IMG/VR virus record: IMGVR_UViG_3300025282_000024 | Source of the DNA: a virus | Length of the DNA stretch: 64,000 bases | Reading direction: 5' to 3' (one strand) | Shown here: positions 61,116-64,000 of the stretch, piece by piece | Layout: each line of letters begins with the position of its first letter | How positions within the stretch are numbered: the first letter of the stretch is position 1 | The notes under the pieces: model-generated | The model's input: only the letters and a program-made list of their open reading frames with translations | Told to the model about the DNA's origin: nothing | The model's database searches: none | Translations under genes and position numbers: made by a program

Positions 61116-63998
61116 TTAAAAATTGTAATTATCAGTGTTTGGGCTAGCTTGCTGGGCCTGATTCATTTCATTATCTGCGGCGTCGTTGACGGTAGGTTGC
61201 AGGGGCTCATTAGCATCAACTTCTCCGATGCCACCTACTGAAGGCGATAAATCTTTTAAAGATGTATCAACCATTTGCATTCCCGGCGCTCCAGCTGATA
61301 TTTTTTTGTCTGGAAACTTATCTATATATGCATTGCTTGCCAAATTTTCTATTTGATGTTGTGTAGTGAGAAGAAAGTGCCCATCATATACTTGCATATC
61401 TAAAACTTCATATGCCTTTGTGTTAAAAATATCATATTTCCTTTTAACTAGCCTACACAACAAATGAACACTAGAGCCTTTAGCCGTTGCCTGATCGACA
61501 GCTGCATTTATAGCATTTAATTTAGTAAGAGTCAGCGGCTCCCATATGGGGGCTTTCGCGGATGCATTAAACACTTCCTCATATTTTTTAGCGTTACCGT
61601 CTGGATTTGAAACGGATTTGGGAATATCTTTAACTCCCTCATAGCCAGCCAAATATTGCACTTCTACTACATTCATATGATTAAACCAAAATTGACCAAA
61701 CTTATCTATTTTTAGATCCTGATTTTGAATATCTTGGTTTGAGGGAACAATGCCAGCTGGCTTTTCATAAAGCTGTGGGTTGCCCCCATGTAAATAATAA
61801 CGAAAATCTGGATTTACTTGAAGCTCTTCGGCAGGAGAAACAAAGTTCTCCAAAGAAACCCTGCTTTCAAGGTTAAGATTCGCAATAAGAGCTAGCGCCT
61901 GGAAAGGTAATTCTTGAAGTTTTCCTGCGGTGTCACCCAGAACTTGCATGTAGAGGGTATCCAAAAAGACACCACCCACCCCAGGAGATTTATGAGCGAA
62001 TATACTATTATATAAGTTATTCACATATTTATATAAAATGCTTTTTTCTAACATAGGATCGAAAGAACCCAGTTTCGCATCTAAAACTGTTGGGGCAATA
62101 AAAGTCCCGTTAATCAAAGATAACAATAATTTTTCTTGACCATAATTTTGAGCCCATGGCACGTGCATAATTTTTAGTAGTTGATCTGATGGCATTGCAT
62201 TCTCTAAGTTTTCAAGCGTAGCATTACTTGGTAACGGATCATTCACACCACTATCCCAAGAAAATTGTTCATTGGGGGCGCCTTCAGCGTCACCTATTAA
62301 TTTATTTTCACTTGCGGCCAAATCAGTAGCTGTTAGTGGATCAACAACAGAATCTTGAGGAAAATATATTCCCCTATATGCCAAGGTTTGATATTCCTTT
62401 AATATTCTTTCCATCTGATCGTTGATACCCAAACTTCCATCTATTTTATCATCCGGCCCATATCCTAATTTATGGTCGGAGTTTGTATCGCCATATAATC
62501 CCATTTTATATCGAAGTATATTATTAACAACCATCCAATATTCATTCTCATTGTTGGACTGATGATCAACAATATATTTAGGCAAATGAGTTCCGCCAAT
62601 TGGAACCTTAAGGTGCATACCAATCGAAGGCATGAGATTTAAATTCAACTTTTGGTTTGATTGTGGGCCATGATAAGCTGGAATTTTAACCGGCAAAACA
62701 AATGGCCCTCCATTAAAATTTGGAAAATATTGATTAAATTCATTCAGGCATCGCGTTATATAATTATTAGATAACATCGCCTTAAGCCCAATTTGAGCTG
62801 TTGTCTTATTAGGTAAAGGAGAGGGCGTTGTCCCAACCAAAAAGTCATATCCTCCGTCAGAATGTGTGGTGTGCACCAGTTCTGTCGGTTTTTTAAAAGT
62901 ATGTTCTACTTTGATTTTTTTTGTTGGAGAAGAGTGTAGAGGCATGCCTCCGAAAGCTTTTGGCTCAGGATTAGAAAAAGAATGTACTTTAGGAATCTGT
63001 ACAGTAGAATATGAATTAATAATTGATTTTATTTTGTCAGCTACTAAAATTAATATTTCGCTAAATACATTAAAAGATTCCGGGCTTCCGGTATATACGT
63101 CTAGGAGGTCGGTCAAATCCTCAACTTGAAACATTGGCTTTTTTTGTGCAAGCATTGAAAAACTCTTAACAGCTTCAGCTGCGCTAATAATTGCGCCATG
63201 AGTATTTAGTGTGGACCACCCCTCTTTTTCAAATGTCTGTTGTGCTAACTTGGTAAACTGACCGGTCTGAGAATTGAAAATAGTATTTTGCCCAAATGAG
63301 CTGTGGATCGGATTGTAACCACCGTTAGCAAAACTAACCATAGGCTTCAATTTACTAATTGCAAAAGTAATTTGATTATAAAAATTGAAAAAATAATTTA
63401 ATGTTGGGTCAGTTACTTCAACCTCCAAAGAATATTCAAAAACTCCACGACTTATATTTTGAATATCATAATCTGTAAAAGTATAATAGGTTATGTGGGA
63501 TGCATTTGCGGCGCTGTTAGAAGTAGAATTTTCTATCTTTACTGGAGCCAGCGCTGATTTTACGGGGGGATCATATTCTAAAATAAGCTCTTCTTTTTTA
63601 ACATTAGCATTCCCCAGCTGTCCGGTATAATATATGTTAGGGAACCCATCATATATTAATTTTCTACCCGTATCATTGACCACATCACTTGAACCAACGG
63701 TGTCAACTCTTTTTCTATAAATCTTAAAAGATTTTATATTTGGTACACCATTATTAACTAAAAAGCCGGTCGCAAAAGACCCTCCGCCCAAGTTCGATAA
63801 TTTATCTAAAAGGCTTGGCATCATACAATATTTTTTTATTAACTTTCCCCAGTCAATAGAAAATAATAATTTACTTTGTCTTTTTGTATTGACTGTAGAT
63901 ATTAAATCTCCGAAGCAAGCCAGGTTACTAAAATCAGCAGCGGCGACTTGTGTGAGTTGATTATTAACATAATTCCCCCCAAAGATAAGACCTTTTTC
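61116..63998 (-). CDS. Large hypothetical protein, 5' end beyond the window
   Basis: The frame of 61116..63824 stays open to the window end (EKGLIFGGNYVNNQ...). Confidence 0.7.
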   Translation of the reverse strand, partial: EKGLIFGGNYVNNQLTQVAAADFSNLACFGDLISTVNTKRQSKLLFSIDWGKLIKKYCMMPSLLDKLSNLGGGSFATGFLVNNGVPNIKSFKIYRKRVDTVGSSDVVNDTGRKLIYDGFPNIYYTGQLGNANVKKEELILEYDPPVKSALAPVKIENSTSNSAANASHITYYTFTDYDIQNISRGVFEYSLEVEVTDPTLNYFFNFYNQITFAISKLKPMVSFANGGYNPIHSSFGQNTIFNSQTGQFTKLAQQTFEKEGWSTLNTHGAIISAAEAVKSFSMLAQKKPMFQVEDLTDLLDVYTGSPESFNVFSEILILVADKIKSIINSYSTVQIPKVHSFSNPEPKAFGGMPLHSSPTKKIKVEHTFKKPTELVHTTHSDGGYDFLVGTTPSPLPNKTTAQIGLKAMLSNNYITRCLNEFNQYFPNFNGGPFVLPVKIPAYHGPQSNQKLNLNLMPSIGMHLKVPIGGTHLPKYIVDHQSNNENEYWMVVNNILRYKMGLYGDTNSDHKLGYGPDDKIDGSLGINDQMERILKEYQTLAYRGIYFPQDSVVDPLTATDLAASENKLIGDAEGAPNEQFSWDSGVNDPLPSNATLENLENAMPSDQLLKIMHVPWAQNYGQEKLLLSLINGTFIAPTVLDAKLGSFDPMLEKSILYKYVNNLYNSIFAHKSPGVGGVFLDTLYMQVLGDTAGKLQELPFQALALIANLNLESRVSLENFVSPAEELQVNPDFRYYLHGGNPQLYEKPAGIVPSNQDIQNQDLKIDKFGQFWFNHMNVVEVQYLAGYEGVKDIPKSVSNPDGNAKKYEEVFNASAKAPIWEPLTLTKLNAINAAVDQATAKGSSVHLLCRLVKRKYDIFNTKAYEVLDMQVYDGHFLLTTQHQIENLASNAYIDKFPDKKISAGAPGMQMVDTSLKDLSPSVGGIGEVDANEPLQPTVNDAADNEMNQAQQASPNTDNYNF

Positions 63999-64000
63999 AG

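Noticed and set aside
71-63129. All + strand ORFs in the track (e.g. 6256..6714, 24173..24742, 35534..35989)
   Set aside because: They are antisense shadows of well-supported minus-strand genes, with no SD, motif or promoter support.
1-64000. Stop-codon reassignment or prophage/host boundary
   Set aside because: Core genes are full length under the standard code with TAA, TAG and TGA all used as stops; no suppressor tRNA, integrase or host-like gene block is present.

Overview
A 64-kb segment of a large T4-like (myovirus) phage genome. Essentially every real gene is on the minus strand in the standard genetic code, and most + strand ORFs are shadows. Read in transcription direction (64000 to 1) it contains: large uncharacterised virion/baseplate proteins; RuvC-like resolvase, primase, Hsp20 and a single-chain Mre11-Rad50 (gp47-gp46) fusion; a putative lysis trio; two tail-fibre proteins with S74 chaperone domains; a head module (terminase, portal, prohead protease, ribosomal protein bS21, scaffold, major capsid); neck, sheath, two tubes, tail chaperone, tape measure and baseplate genes; a compact family-A polymerase, a degenerate tubulin/FtsZ-like protein, SSB, a ParB-like gene and RecA; four small proteins sharing an MKLTKQQLKxIIKEEL leader; a 5'-3' exonuclease, cysK, a tRNA/HNH region, helicase, class II RNR and GroES. 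Replication and tRNA genes have canonical sigma70 promoters, while structural genes share a CTA(T/A)TTA(T/A) upstream motif. The most notable unexplained signals are: (1) an HNH cassette ending exactly in the anticodon loop of an orphan tRNA-Arg 3' half; (2) a duplicated, covarying RNA pseudoknot bracketing the ParB-like gene between ssb and recA; (3) a shared N-terminal leader that looks like a capsid-targeting/protease-cleavage tag; (4) a +1/-2 slippery site in the tail chaperone; (5) a ROSE-type thermometer on hsp20; (6) a late-promoter motif resembling the T4 late promoter in inverted orientation. All calls come from reading motifs by eye; no database searches were run.
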